Below are positions 12,908 to 26,196 of a stretch of 64,000 nucleotides of DNA, piece by piece (within the stretch, counting starts at the first letter, position 1; every line of letters begins with the position of its first letter). The notes under the pieces were generated by a model, which had not been told where the DNA came from, ran no database searches, and worked only from the letters and a program-made list of their open reading frames with translations. The translations under genes were made by a program, and so were the position numbers. The DNA lies in the NCBI GenBank assembly GCA_024704765.1, contig JAKMXF010000311.1, positions 1 through 64,000 on the forward strand, given 5' to 3'. The stretch comes from Oopsacas minuta. Taxonomy: Eukaryota; Animalia; Porifera.

Positions 12908-13365
12908 GAAATAGGTACCCCTAAAGAATTCTATCATTTGTGAACTTTATATTTGAAATCTGATACACACAATTACAACAATTAACGTTTGTTCATTAAG
13001 AAATCCATATTATTCAAGTCAAAAGTATACCATATGTGGACTAATGGGATGCTCTACCTGAATTTATTGCTCTACTTTTGTGTCCCTGGTACAATTTTTT
13101 AATGGACTATTCATACCTTAGCATATTAGAATGCAGTGGCCTTCTATCATTCATTTTCTAATATTGGATAAATCGATGAAGTAATTCTGCGTTTCAAGGA
13201 TTGTCGACCATCACATTTTTATTAGCTCAGGGGGCATACATCAAGAAAAAATTGGATAGATAGGGACTGTTCGTACATTATTTAACAGAAGATTGGTGGA
13301 CATATGAGACGCTTAAATTTCCAAAACAACTGTCGATATATTCCCAACAAGTTTATGTTGTTAGA

Positions 13366-13384
13366 AGATGTGTATAAGAGACAG
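13366..13384 (+). other. Tn5 mosaic end / Nextera adapter (technical contaminant)
   Basis: Exact 19-mer AGATGTGTATAAGAGACAG. Confidence 0.92.
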
Positions 13385-15014
13385 CATTACCAACACATGC
13401 AATTAAGTTACCAGCGAAACAACTATATTGTTGGACTAATAATTGGCAGAAATTTGGCTATGCAAATTACCCTTACATGTCTGTATATTACCATCACATG
13501 AAAATTTTCAGCCAGTATCGAAAAATTATCAGAGAAAATTCCAAAAATCCTCAAGCTTGTCAAAATTTCTAAATATCCTCAACCGTAGTTACCCAGGTAA
13601 CGACTCAACTAATTTGAAATTATATACTCAAGTTAATTCGAATTATTCCTAACATATTCAGGTTTTTAATTATCATATTAGGATATGAATACACAAATAC
13701 AACAATTGACTTTGGTTTATCAACTAATTATATTAATCCTTCCATCACATAAAATAACGCACCTCGCAATAACCACGTGGTAGCCAATGAGTCCGAACAA
13801 CATTTCCCGCCAAGTTAGATACTAATAAAGGACAAATTTCCAACAATAAAGTAAGAGGAGTTATTATCAGGACCCTAGGATCCTGATAGTAAAATCCCAA
13901 GACCCTAGGGTTCCAGCTCGAAATGTTAGACTAGGATCCTAAGGTCCTAGTCTAAATATTCGCTCCAGGACCCTATTACTAATGGAAATTTAACTTTATA
14001 TTTCTACTATTAAACACAATTTGCTTTCTCTCAATAATCCAATCAAACACCACACCAGTTATCCAAATAGTGTACTGGAATGCTCATATCCTCCGCTAAT
14101 GTAAATGGAAGAAACTAATAAAAATATAAACAAAAATATACTATGTAGACTGATATAATGAGTATTGATAATACACTAAATATAGTGTCCTAGATATAAT
14201 TTTCCATATAGTAATTATGTAATAAAAGCACAAATACAACTATGAAATCTGATCAGGCCCGAGCCCGAATAGCCCTCAGGTTCGGACTAGGCTTGCAACC
14301 TCTAATCTAGGGATTAGTTAAATTTTAATAGTGCTCAATTGTGACAATGTAATAATATATTTTCTATCAGTCTAGGCAGCCGTAATATATATTTTGTATA
14401 ATAATAAAATATTGGCACATAGGTATTGGATATAGAGAGATACTGCTGTGATAACCCATATTATCAAGATATCCAATAACCGACATATACATAGAAGAGA
14501 TATCACACATTTAATTATACTCATATCCAATTTATACTGTTTAGATAATATTCTGTTAAAACTTAAAAGTTCTAAGGTTAAAGCCTCGTAATGTCTGCTT
14601 GTTGTAGTTAGAGGCATGTTTCAATAATTATCGATATTGATACCAGGCTGTTACTTCACAAACTACTATGTACTAGATCAGTAGTATTCTGTTTGCCTTT
14701 ATTACTCATTGCTCACTAACCAACTTTAGTTAGAACCGAAGAAAGTGACAAAAGATTTTTGTTTAAAGTGCTCAAGATTGAAGTTGAATGAATATTGAAA
14801 ATCGTGTCTAACGACGAATGGATATTCGAGTTCGAGTTTTTTTTGACACTTTGTGCAAAAATGATGTGATATCACATTTTTAAGATCTTTTGGATTTTGG
14901 CTGAAAAAAATTATTGAATAATTAGGGATGTTACCGTAGGCCCCATGGTTAATAGCCATGCAAGATATAAGTGTTTCCTAGTATCTCATCAATTAGTAGA
15001 CTTATACAGAATTA

Positions 15015-15304
15015 TGCTACAATTTCAAAATTGCATACAGCAAATCCTTTCCTTGACAACGGACAGACAAACAACAATTGAGATTATTGTTGTTTTTATG
15101 AATATAAAGTAAACAAATTAGCCAAGTCTCAAATATAAGTACAGGCTTGCCCTCAATGGCTACAAAGGAGGATGATCTTACAAAATAATTCAATAACATA
15201 TATGCCGTATATTTTTGAATTTCATTGTTCTAAATATAACATATAATTTGAAAATAATGGATACCTCGAGCCGCAATGCGCCGAGTTCATCGCGAAGCGA
15301 CTAG
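15015..15304 (+). mobile_element. Rearranged non-autonomous Helitron copy
   Basis: Shares internal and 3' sequence with 18682-19140 and ends GCGAAGCGACTAG; 15015-15083 is an inverted 5' segment. Confidence 0.65.
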
Positions 15305-16567
15305 CCAAATGCCCGTGTGTACGTAAAATGAAAAATTGAGCCTACCTATTACGCTGATTCCAAAAACGGAATTACACAGAAATCTATTTTCGCCTTCAGT
15401 TCTGTATATAACAACCAAATTTCGTATTATGCTTTAGGTCGCTGCGTGACAGGATGTCCATTAATGATGGAAAATTTACACGAAGAGTAATTTAATAGTT
15501 TTCAGGTAATAATTAATGGAATTACGCTTTTCTCGGTAATTTTGAGTTCATAGGCCTCCTGTCATGACATAAGGCATTTGTACAAATTACAGTATTTATC
15601 TCGGGACTTTGTGGCTCAATCTACATCGAGTTGTCACAAAATACCGAAATTTGAATACCTTAATATTTCATTTTTACACAATAATAATCCCAAACCGATC
15701 TTACATTTCATATCATCAAAATACAAAATCATGAGGTTGATCAGGGTAATACTCGAAAAATAATGCATAGGTCAGAGATCAATACGTACAAGATATATCC
15801 TTGATATTTGTAGTACATTCATTCATCTAACACCTCTAATATGCCAGATACATATACGTAATTTGTTAGGTAAGAATCCTCTCTGTCTATCGTGAATTAC
15901 CCCCGTTGCTGAATACAAATGGTTTACAAACAGTCAACTAAATCCAATTCTTGAAGGGTGGAAATTAGATTTCCGATAGATATTTAATATATTCAATTTA
16001 AATGCGTCTTTTACGATAAGTGTGAGTGGGGAAATGTCATATATTAATATAGGCAAAAATATTAATAATATTTGCACTATATCGATACTATTACAGTCAT
16101 AATATACAGAAAGTATAGTATCATTATCAGTAACTACTGAAAACACGCCTCTGAAGGCGGCACTGTTAGAATGAAAGTAAAACAAATTATGTTAGAGGCT
16201 CGCCGTATCACCTTTAAATCGATGTTCTTATATTACAAACAGAATTAATTGGTCTTAAATAATGAAAAGAATTTGAGCTCTCAGAACAGAGCATTATATT
16301 TGTAATACAATATTCAGGCTAGGATTTAAAATACATGCAAGCATTGGATATGTACAAATTAGTGAATTTCTAGGAAGTTGTATTTATTTAAGAGAACGTT
16401 ATTCATTTTGGAATAAATTGATTCTGTTTTCGTTATGAAACACAGAATCTGCATATCACTGTTATGTGTGATATTACTACAACTGCTCTCAGGGCAACAC
16501 TTCGTGCATGGACAACGTGAGTTACTTAATTAAGTATATTTTCATGGAAAATGTATATATTCCACTA

Positions 16568-16577
16568 AATTATTATT

Positions 16578-16608
<31 letters not shown>
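16568..16608. repeat. (TAA/TTA)n microsatellite
   Basis: Direct reading. Confidence 0.95.
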
Positions 16609-17201
16609 GTGCAAAATATATGTACAATAACAAACAATACTGCCTGATGAGGCTTGGGCACATCAAAACTATTTAACAGAAAACTATAAACTAAAGTTGA
16701 AAATGGTAGTGAACTCGATGTTTCGAAATATATAAATGATCCTGAAACAATATCATATAACCAGGCCACAATTTCCAATTTTCTTGAAATCTGGGGTCAT
16801 GACCAACCTGGGCTCCAGTCCTTAAGAGAATCTTTAGGCGAGCTTTAAGCCCCACACTTATGAATTCGTGTCTACACTCGTGATAGCCAGTTTAAGAATT
16901 TTAATCCTCTTCTATTCAAAATAATCCCGAAAATCCTGTACATAGGTGTTAAAATCCTGGACAATAGTAACCCATAGCATTCTAATACACTAAGACTAAG
17001 GCAATGGCACCAACTTTTTTCTTGGACCTAGGATTAGTTAAATGAGTTTGGGATTATTACGCTTTAGTGTATATCTCAGAAACAATGCACTTCGGGCCGA
17101 ATGAATGCATTACATACTTGTAGAAACACATGTCATCATTCTATAAAAGCAAAATGTTGTCAAAATATGCCAAATTAATGTAATTAGTTATTTTGTAATA
17201 A

Positions 17202-17866
17202 ATAATTCAGCGAATTATCAAAAAATGCTCCATCTTTGAAACCATCTAGAACGTTAAATATTGATATATGATTAAAATGTTGAAATACGAAATATTCTAA
17301 AATCTTTTTTGCACAAAATATAAATATTTTGTCATGATAGAGTTATCAATTTTCTGAGTTATAACACATACCATGGATAGCACATCTTTTGCCAATATCC
17401 CCTCATAACTCGATTATCATGGAAATTATTGTAAAATCAGGATAGCCATTATATAGTACGACTTCCTATACCCTGATAATACATTTTGATATAATAATTC
17501 TGAAAATTATTGCGAAATATTGAAATGATAATATATGGGAATATTCACGAATACGTCACAATAGTAAAAGTTATATCAAAATGTATTATCAGGGTATGGG
17601 AAGTCAGATATATGCTATATAATGGCTACCCTGATTTTACAATAATTTCCATGATAATCGAGTTATAAGTGGATATTGGCAAAAGATATGCTATCCATGG
17701 TATGTGTTATAACTCAGAAACTTGCCAATTTTATCATGACAAAATTTTATTTTGTGTAAAAACGATTTTAGAACATTTCGTATTTCAACATTTTAATCAT
17801 ATATCAATATTTAACGTTCTAGATGGTTTCAAAGATGGAGCATTTTTTGATAATTCGTTGAATTAT
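17202..17866. mobile_element. Foldback element / long-TIR MITE (~290-bp arms, ~80-bp spacer)
   Basis: 17202-17492 is the near-exact reverse complement of 17572-17866, with scattered mismatches and small indels. Confidence 0.85.
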
Positions 17867-18022
17867 AATTATTGATTACAAAATATATAATTTCGCATTG
17901 ACTCGATTTACGAAATCTTTTGTATTCTACTAGATAGAATTTAAACCGGATATAAGCACATTCTATGCTGATTATAGGAACATTATACTGTAAAACGGTT
18001 GCCTTACACCCCAATATAATTT

Positions 18023-18281
18023 ATGCCGGTTATAAGAACACACTAGGAATAGTAGTAAAATTTGGTTCTTTTTACCAGTATGTTTGTAGAACCAGCAAAA
18101 ATATACAATTTATGTATGAGAACCGTTTTCTATAATATGGTTCCTACATCCAAATGTATTTAAATGAAGTGTTCTCATAACCTACATCCACTATATACTA
18201 CATATCGGTTATAAGAACATACCAAATATCAAAACATTAAGTCCAATCCCGACGATGTTCTTATAACCGGCATTCACTGTA
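18023..18281. mobile_element. Tc1/pogo-type MITE, left end eroded
   Basis: ATGCCGGTTATAAGAACA (18023-18040) is the inverse of TGTTCTTATAACCGGCAT (18256-18273); the right end is CACTG+TA. Confidence 0.7.
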
Positions 18282-18681
18282 TTAGGAATTTATTGTATTA
18301 AATATTAAGCTACGAATGTAAATGATTTATGGTTACATGAAACAATATGATATTACTATTGAATCGATTAGTTATCGAAACAAGCAAGTCTTGTTTACTT
18401 GCGCTTCGCGGAACGCGAACAGTTTGTGTCTGCGAGTTGCATATTCATACTTTTCAAACATTAAAACGACTCAGAATAGCTGTTCCAAGCCATGCTCACT
18501 ACATTCCGCATAATTATTTAATTCTACTTTGAATATAAGTAAGCTTTTGTGAAAATGGTCAATAATGTCCTCTATTTCTTTGGACCACGTTTAATTTTGT
18601 GATGAGAAGTGTATAATTTTCAGTTTTACTTATTTAAAACTTATTTTTCTATATGTATACTTAGCGCGTTAACTCAAATAA

Positions 18682-19140
18682 TTTATATTATTAAAATCAC
18701 AATTGTTGTCTGTTTGTTTGTTTGTCCGTTGTCAAGGAAAGGATTTACGGTATGCAATTTTGAAATTGTCGCATAAGTATGTATTTACTGTGTTTATCGA
18801 GGAAGTAAAAAGAATTCAATAAAACTTCACTAAATATATCGAATATGCTGAATCCGATTTTCAGACTTTTGGATTAATCATATGTAAATTTATTGTTGTT
18901 ATTATGAATATAAAGTAAACAAATTAGCAAAATCTCAAAATTTACGTAGATATTAGCTCTCGACGGCTACAATGGGGGTTGATCATACATAATAATTCAA
19001 TGACATATATGTATTTTTGTGAATAACATTGTTCTAAATATATCTATATTATAATACTCAAAGGGGCCGTCAAGTTGAAGTATAATGGATACCTCGAGGC
19101 ACAATGCGCCGAGTTCATCGCGAAGCGACGAGCGGGCTCG
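18682..19140 (+). mobile_element. Non-autonomous Helitron
   Basis: 5' T(T)TATATTATTAAAA, (TTTG)n, shared internal blocks, GC-rich 3' end CTCG|T. Confidence 0.7.
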
Positions 19141-20217
19141 TTAATGTGAAAATTATTGCTTAATATTAAATAAACAAACATAGTTACATATTTAAGTAAT
19201 TTTTACAATTTAATCAGCCTGTTTCAAACCCTCAAATATGATAGGTCATTACACTTTGACACCTATTTCAAAGACTTTATATCGGTTAGATTTTAGAACT
19301 TGTTCCTAGAGTTATCATATTCCACACACATGCAAAATTTTCAAGTATCACTCATTCCGGAAGAAACAACCATCGACAAATAAATATATGCAAGTATGCT
19401 ACGCTTCCTTGCGATACACGGTTGCGAACACTTCGTGTCCGCAATAGGCGCCCTTTTGGGCCTAGGTTACTCCTAATCAACTGATAGTTTGTGTTATGTA
19501 TTACTAAGTCGTTAAGTCGGGCAAACTTTTTCCTCTGAGTATCGTCCTGGAAACGAATCTCGCATTTGAGAAAACGTTTATTGTTTTGAGGCATCGGTCA
19601 GAGAAAAGTCTGGAAAATATGCTGCAATAGAAAAGTTTAAAGTTTGTACACAAGATTCGATACGAAAGCAGATCTTGACCAAATTACCGATATAACAGTT
19701 GTAGAATCAAACCAAAGTTGATAAGATAATAGACAAATGAATTTCATTAACTATACTAATTGCCTGCTACACTGATAATCTGTATACAGACTACCCACAA
19801 ATTTATCGACTTTGGTAGTAGAATTCGATAACCTATTTGAAATTTGATAACATTATGGATATACACAACGACAAATATTAACTATAAAATACTAGAAATA
19901 TCATAGCCAGACTCAGCATATCCGATTACTCCATTAAAGCCATTAGAAGTATAATTCCAGGACCATAATAAATACCAGAATTTTTTCCCTAATGTATATA
20001 CATAAAAACGAACAAATAAACGGTTACGAACACGGTTGAGAATTCCGTAATAACGAGAGCCTACTGTGCATGAGAAGATGGGAATATTTCATCAGATGCA
20101 CAAATTTGTTTCTAAGAAACATCATTTCCACCCCCTACCATACTTTCTACCCTACCTTATCTATATTAGCCATTTACCTACCTTTACTGGCTGCATATGA
20201 TTTGCTTTTCTCTGTAG

Positions 20218-20535
20218 AGGATGGTACAGTGCGACTCACTGAAGGCGACAATGGTCTGGTTGAGGTTTATCTCAACGGTAGTTGGGGCTTTATCTGTGAC
20301 GATGGATGGGATGAGACTGATGCTGATGTAACCTGTCAGATATTAGGCTATCCTTCAGCCACACAAAGTGATACTGGACGCTATCACCCAGACACTAACT
20401 ATACTCTACTCAACTTTTACTGTGTTGGTAATGAGACTAGTCTACTCGATTGTCCACACAGTTACTATTCTGACTACTCTCCTGGTTTTTGCTCTGTCGA
20501 TGAACATGTTTACATTTCATGCGCTCCTTCTATTG
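20218..20535 (+). CDS. Adhesion GPCR exon: group A SRCR domain (phase 1-1 exon)
   Basis: VRL..G..GLVEV..NGSWGFICDDGWD..DADVTCQILGY..C.GNETSLLDC with six Cys; acceptor tgtag|, donor |gtgag. Upstream signal-peptide exon not found. Confidence 0.88.
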
Positions 20536-21501
20536 GTGAGATTCATTTCTTTCTTGTTTCACACTTTTTTATTCTTTCTTCTTTCCCTTATTTGTATTCA
20601 TCCTTTATCTTCCTATATTTTCTTTAACTCATTTTGTATCTCCCCTTTTTTTCTATTTACCTATCCATTTCCTCTTTGCTTTGCTTCACTTTTTATTCTT
20701 TTTTCTTCTTGTTTGTATACTACTACTTTTCTCATCTTCGTTTTTTGCTTTACTTCTGCTTTTTTATTCCTTTTCATATCGTCCACTTTTTCTCCTACAT
20801 TGTATCTGCACTTTTATTCCTTACCCTATTCTTATTACTGCGTACTTTTCGTTCTTACATGCGACCATATATGTTTCATATGCTCCAACCAATTACTTTT
20901 TATATGCTCGTTGTCACACCATCTTTACGGTTGTTGCTGTTCAAACCATCTTTTGCCTTTTTGTCCCTCCTATGTATTATCTTCATTTACAGGACTGAGT
21001 CTCATTTGTGAGAGATTCCATATCAAAATGTTCTTTGAGATGTAGGTTGTTTCTATAAGTATACATTTGCTCTCTTCTTTGACCTTAAATACACAATTAT
21101 CGTGTCAAAAGTGAATCTTGCCAAACCTTTGGCCTCCATGGCTTCAGTTGTTACTTACACACAATCTAACTTTATACATTAACAGTTTTTCTATATTTGT
21201 ATAATTATATATTTGGACATTAAAATCACACGTCATCTATAGGTATTTTGACATTACAATCACGCTTCATTTGTATTGTTTCATGTTAGCATTTATACAA
21301 CCTATCAGCCTATTAGGCAACAATCTGACGTCTTTTTGACCTGAAATTTTTCTTGATGTGGAATGTGGATTAATCACATATCATTTTTGACAGATGTATG
21401 CCTTTGTTAGACAAGTTGTATGCATTTGGCTGATAAGTTGTATGCTTGCCGTATGCATTTGTCAGACATTTTTTCTAAAAAGATTATAATTTAAAAATTG
21501 C

Positions 21502-22011
21502 CGAGCCGCTTCGCTTCCTCGCGCTCCGCGGCTTATGGACACCCTGTGGTCGCATGGAACTCGGCACTTCCATGAGGAAGTTAACAAAGTAAAAATTGCA
21601 AAACTGAATTGATCGATAAATATTCCTATTTGTTTACTAAATATCCATAAAAACAACTATAAATTTCCAATACGAAATTTGGTTTCAGTCCTTTCAGAGA
21701 ACTTTGTTACCCCATTGCAACAGTTAAGAGGAAGTCTCTACGTATTTTTGAGATTTCAACTGTTTATTTACTTCATATTCATAAAAACAACAATAAATTT
21801 ACATATGATTAATCCAAAAGTCTGAAAATCGGATTCAGCATACTCGATATATTTAGTGAAGTTTTATTGAATTCTATTTACTTCCTTGATAAACACAGTA
21901 AATACATACTTATGCGACAATTTCAAAATTGCATACCGTAAATCCTTTCCTTGACAACGGACAAACAAACAAACAAACAAACAAACAACAATTGTGATTG
22001 AATAATATAGA
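21502..22011 (-). mobile_element. Non-autonomous Helitron in a GPCR intron
   Basis: On the minus strand: A|TCTATATTATTCAA, (TTTG)n, family internal sequence, GC-rich 3' end CTCG. Confidence 0.75.
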
Positions 22012-22458
22012 TTATTAACTTATTTTGTTCCACGAGTTTGTCCGGTGTAGAGGTGTTGTCCGCTTTTAGGAGACGCAACTGTATATATTGATATAGATGC
22101 TTTAAATTTCTAAGTATGATAATATCTCTAAATATATTTTTAGTGGAGCTCAAAGGGAGATGCCCTAATGGTATGGACGAGTACGTCCGCGCGGCCTTGC
22201 GAAATCTAGCAGTCCGATTAACATGAAAATTGGTATACATATACATTTTGGGTCAGGGATTTGCACCTTGGGTATGAATTTTTCAAAAGTGATATTTCAC
22301 ACCTTTTATATGTATAATTCATATACAGGGTTAATTGCAGGACTCTTATTCGAATCTTATCCATTGGATTTGAGGATAAAACATGAAGTTCAGTAGGGGA
22401 CTAATAATATTTAATATACTGAATTTCTCAGATCCAGGAGACCATAATTATTCTTGAT

Positions 22459-22549
22459 CTGGTGCTTTGCGGTATATGCACTGGTGTCAGGGAACAAACG
22501 AAAACACAACCCTCAGCTGCACTACCAGTCTATCTGCTGGATATTTTTG
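22459..22549. repeat. Dispersed repeat shared with 60849-60957
   Basis: CTGGTGC..TGCGG..GTCAGGG..CTGCACTACCAGTCT..GCTGGA.ATTTTT occurs at both sites. Confidence 0.7.
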
Positions 22550-22760
22550 ATTTATACGATATTTATAAATAAACTTTTCAAAGTAATGACGGATAATTTT
22601 CTGATTTTTTAGTCAATTAATTATTTAATCTTCTACTAGCATACTAAATGATAATCTGAGGATATAATCTAAATATTATATGGCTTGGCGCCCTTAGGCA
22701 TTTCACTATTTTATTTACGCAAAGGTTTGTACGACATTTTTATTCAATGTAATTCTCTAG

Positions 22761-23851
22761 ATATTATACCAGTAATAACATCTCCAAACCAGAGCATTGA
22801 ACAAACATTACCAAGCCTCTATAATTTCTCCCAAATTATTGAGTGTATTGCTGATGGAATCCCAACACCAGTGGTATACTGGAGCACTACGACCAGTATT
22901 GAAGATCAAGTTGGGTACAATTCAACGCTTGAAATCAGTTCAAGTATCCTAACTGAGCCTACTAACGTATTCTACTGTGTAGCTGTGAATTCAGCAGGTA
23001 TGGATGTAGTATCTGTGACGTATAATATTCTGACATCTCCTCCTACGATATCGTCTCCCAGTGAAAATATCACAGTTACAACAATGTCAAATACTAGTGA
23101 TACTTATGAATGTATTGCTGATGGAATCCCAAAGCCAGTAGTCTATTGGAGCACTACAACCGGTATTGAAGATCAAGTTGGGTACAATTCAACTCTTGAA
23201 ATCAGTTCAAGTATCTTAACTGGGCCTACCAATGTATTCTACTGTGTAGCTGTGAACTCAGCAGGTATGGATGTAGTATCTGTGACGTATAATATTCTGA
23301 CATCCCCTCCTACGATATCGTCTCCCAGTGAAAATATCACAGCTACAACAATACCAAATACCAGTGATAGTTATGAATGTATTGCTGATGGAATCCCAAC
23401 ACCAGTAGTCTATTGGAGCACTACGACCAATATTGAGGATAGAATCGGTGATAATTCAACTCTTGGAGTAACATCTTTACAGTTGTCCGAACAAATCAAT
23501 GTATTCTACTGTGTAGCTGTCAGTTCATCAGGAATAGCAGTAACCACCGTTACTTATAATATTTCTATAGTTGTAGCAGATGTTCTCGATAACATAATGG
23601 ATCAACTATCCAGTATTTCGTCCATTTCGGGGGAAACTGCAGCTGTGTTTATCCTGGAGTTACAAACATCAGTGGACTCTGCAATTGATCAAGGTTATGT
23701 AACGGAGGAAGTACTTGAAACTACTGCATCAATAATCGAACAGATAGTGGATAAAATAGATGGATCGATTGATACAGAAATCACAATGATGATAACTAAT
23801 ACGTTGGGTACAGCTCTAATTAATACTGAGAGTTTGGAACAACCTGAGACG
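22761..23851 (+). CDS. Adhesion GPCR exon: three Ig-like domains plus start of the GAIN region
   Basis: Three ECIADGIPxPVVYW...FYCVAV units at a 267-nt period (22844, 23111, 23378); acceptor ctctag|, donor |gtaagt. Confidence 0.88.
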
Positions 23852-24005
23852 GTAAGTGTTTTATTCTTACAGTAAGTATGTATACGTTGCCGCACGAACA
23901 CCTATATACACGGTCGTGACACTCTCATATCAAGTCAAGATTCGTATAGGCCTTATTTGATAGAGTGAAAAACAACTTGCTTAAGATGGGGGTATTCAAT
24001 AAGGG

Positions 24006-24412
24006 GCATCAAAGTTTAAAAATGATCATAAATCTCTGATAAGGATCAGTTTGTCGGATTATTAATCATTTGTTCCGCAACTACGTAAACTGGCAATCTC
24101 CCCAATGTCTCTCATGGCTGTCATTGACTTGAGAGCCATACTATATTATGATAGATATGCCATAAGACCGTGTAATATGAATATCCTCTTGTATGCATCC
24201 CGGAGCATTTAGCATAATACACTTAATATGAAGTCTATTGACTTGATATTCGCGGCTCAGTATATCCTCCATAATTTAGTATGCTTTTAAGTGAATGACA
24301 GCCATCAGACACGTCGGGAGATTGCCAAGTACGTTGTTTGGTCGTAAATGAACTATAAACCGACAAACTGATCCTGATCAGAGATTTATGATCAATGTTA
24401 AACATTTGATGC
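24006..24412. mobile_element. Intronic MITE with ~50-bp TIRs
   Basis: GCATCAAAGTTTAAAAATGATCATAAATCTCTGATAAGGATCAGTTTGTCGG has an inverse copy at 24360-24412. Confidence 0.8.
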
Positions 24413-24895
24413 GATCCATTAGGCCTTTTTTGGTGCCATCTCATCAAATTCCGAAAGGATGCACTACTAAGTAATTTTCCACCATTTAGTCAGATCCCAA
24501 ACCTATTAGTGTAGTTGAAATAAAATATTACAGTATAACCACGTTAGTACGAACACAGTTAATTCTGATTTCCGGATAATAAGAACGAATATTTGTGAGG
24601 GAAAGGTCGATATTGTGAGAGGGTAGCGAGGTTAACATCTAATATTTTAAACCTGGCCAATTGGCATTTCTACGTATTAGTTGATTCATTTCAGGAAGAT
24701 GCATAAGAATTTTGAGGGACTGTATTCGAAAATCTAAAAATTATTAAGTTGTAAAAATAATTGTGTCGCTTAAAAATTAATCAGCGGGATAGATACGGAT
24801 ACAGCTCTCTAATTATAAGGAAATTTATGTATATTTATATGTAAAATTGTGATTCAATTGTACACGACTTACTTTATATGAATATATATTTTCAG

Positions 24896-25174
24896 GAGGC
24901 GGGAAGCTTGGCAACAGTCTCAAATGCTGAAGTTATCGCATTAAGAACGCTTGAAAAGTTTTCTATACGTCTTCTTGAAGATTTATTATCAGGAGAGAAA
25001 AATGTGAGTACGGTAGAATCTGAATTTATTTCTATAATAAATCAAGTGATTGATGTATCCAGTGGAGATTCTGAAGAGATGTTCAATTTGCCTCTAGCAG
25101 TAGGAGATTATCCAGTTTCTGCGACTATCCCATTTGACGTCGCTCAAGATTTGGCTTTAAATGGAAAATTAGCT
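24896..25174 (+). CDS. Adhesion GPCR exon (GAIN region)
   Basis: ttcag|GAG...GCT|gtaagt, phase 0-0, open frame. Confidence 0.75.
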
Positions 25175-25962
25175 GTAAGTAATTAGTATAAATAGTAGAC
25201 TCTGCATAATAGGGTCACATGGGAGTAGACCATTTTAACCCGATTAAGCCGAGCCTACTGTACCTATGTATATTTATTACAATAGTTTCATCAAATACTT
25301 ATGAGACCTCAAACATTTGAAAGTTACAATTATGGAATGTTTACATATATGTATTGTTCTGTGTAGAATTCTTCACTGATATTTTGTGGAGAAATTCTTT
25401 TGTATCAATATTTCATTGTAATTGAGCTCGGCAGTTACAGTTGTGGTACCAATAACTGATTCACCATTTGCAAAACGATCTTTCAGGATCAGTAATGGCG
25501 CCTACTAAACTACCACTGAGTTATTTATGTGTACAATTAAGTTCTAAGCTTAATAACTGAATGACGTACCTCAGGTATGAGACCTTCCATGTTGTTGGAC
25601 CAGTTATGGTCTACTAGTTGTGGCGTGACAGTTGCCAACCCACGTCGAATCGGAATTTCAGATTTTCAATTGTGTCATAGTAAACTTATATTGATTTTAT
25701 GATATATTACTTACATACTTGCTACGAAAGACCTTTGGGACATAAACAAACTTGAGGATGTAGTAGATATTAGGTAGCGTCAAGGGTAGCTACAAGCTTA
25801 GGTGGTGTCATCCATACTACGCACCTGAAAACGGTACTGAGCCTAGTTAATTCCAGACCGACGAGCCAAATGCTCGTACGTTTTATATTAAATTCTTCAG
25901 TAGTTGGCTAGCCTGAACTTCTTGCAAATGCCTTTACATAGTGTCTCTATTCTCTTCACTAG

Positions 25963-26088
25963 ATCAGTACATCAATAGTATATCGAGATCAGAGTAATAC
26001 ACCCAAATCTGTAGAGTCTTATCAAGGAAGTGATACTCTAACAACTTCGATATTAGGAAAGACTGGTAAAGTGAACTTTGATTCAGAG
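25963..26088 (+). CDS. Adhesion GPCR exon (GAIN region, 42 codons)
   Basis: cactag|ATC...GAG|gtaatt, phase 0-0; reads ISTSIVYRDQ...TTSILGK. Confidence 0.65.
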
Positions 26089-26196
26089 GTAATTCATTCT
26101 GATAAACTTTTTCAAACTAATTTACTAAGTTTACAAATCAATAAACTTCTCCAATTTTGCATCAATGATTATTATGACGTATACAATTTATCTTAG

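Noticed and set aside
13982-14100. Possible signal-peptide exon (MKFNFIFLLLNTICF) for the GPCR
   Set aside because: Needs a 1-nt deletion after the ATG, has no phase-1 donor, and lies 6 kb upstream.
20368-21045. Three overlapping hydrophobic ORFs resembling membrane proteins
   Set aside because: T-rich low-complexity intron that lacks stop codons by composition.
25862-25878. Hairpin ACGAGC-CAAAT-GCTCGT
   Set aside because: Isolated 6-bp stem in an intron; no ribozyme or snoRNA boxes.
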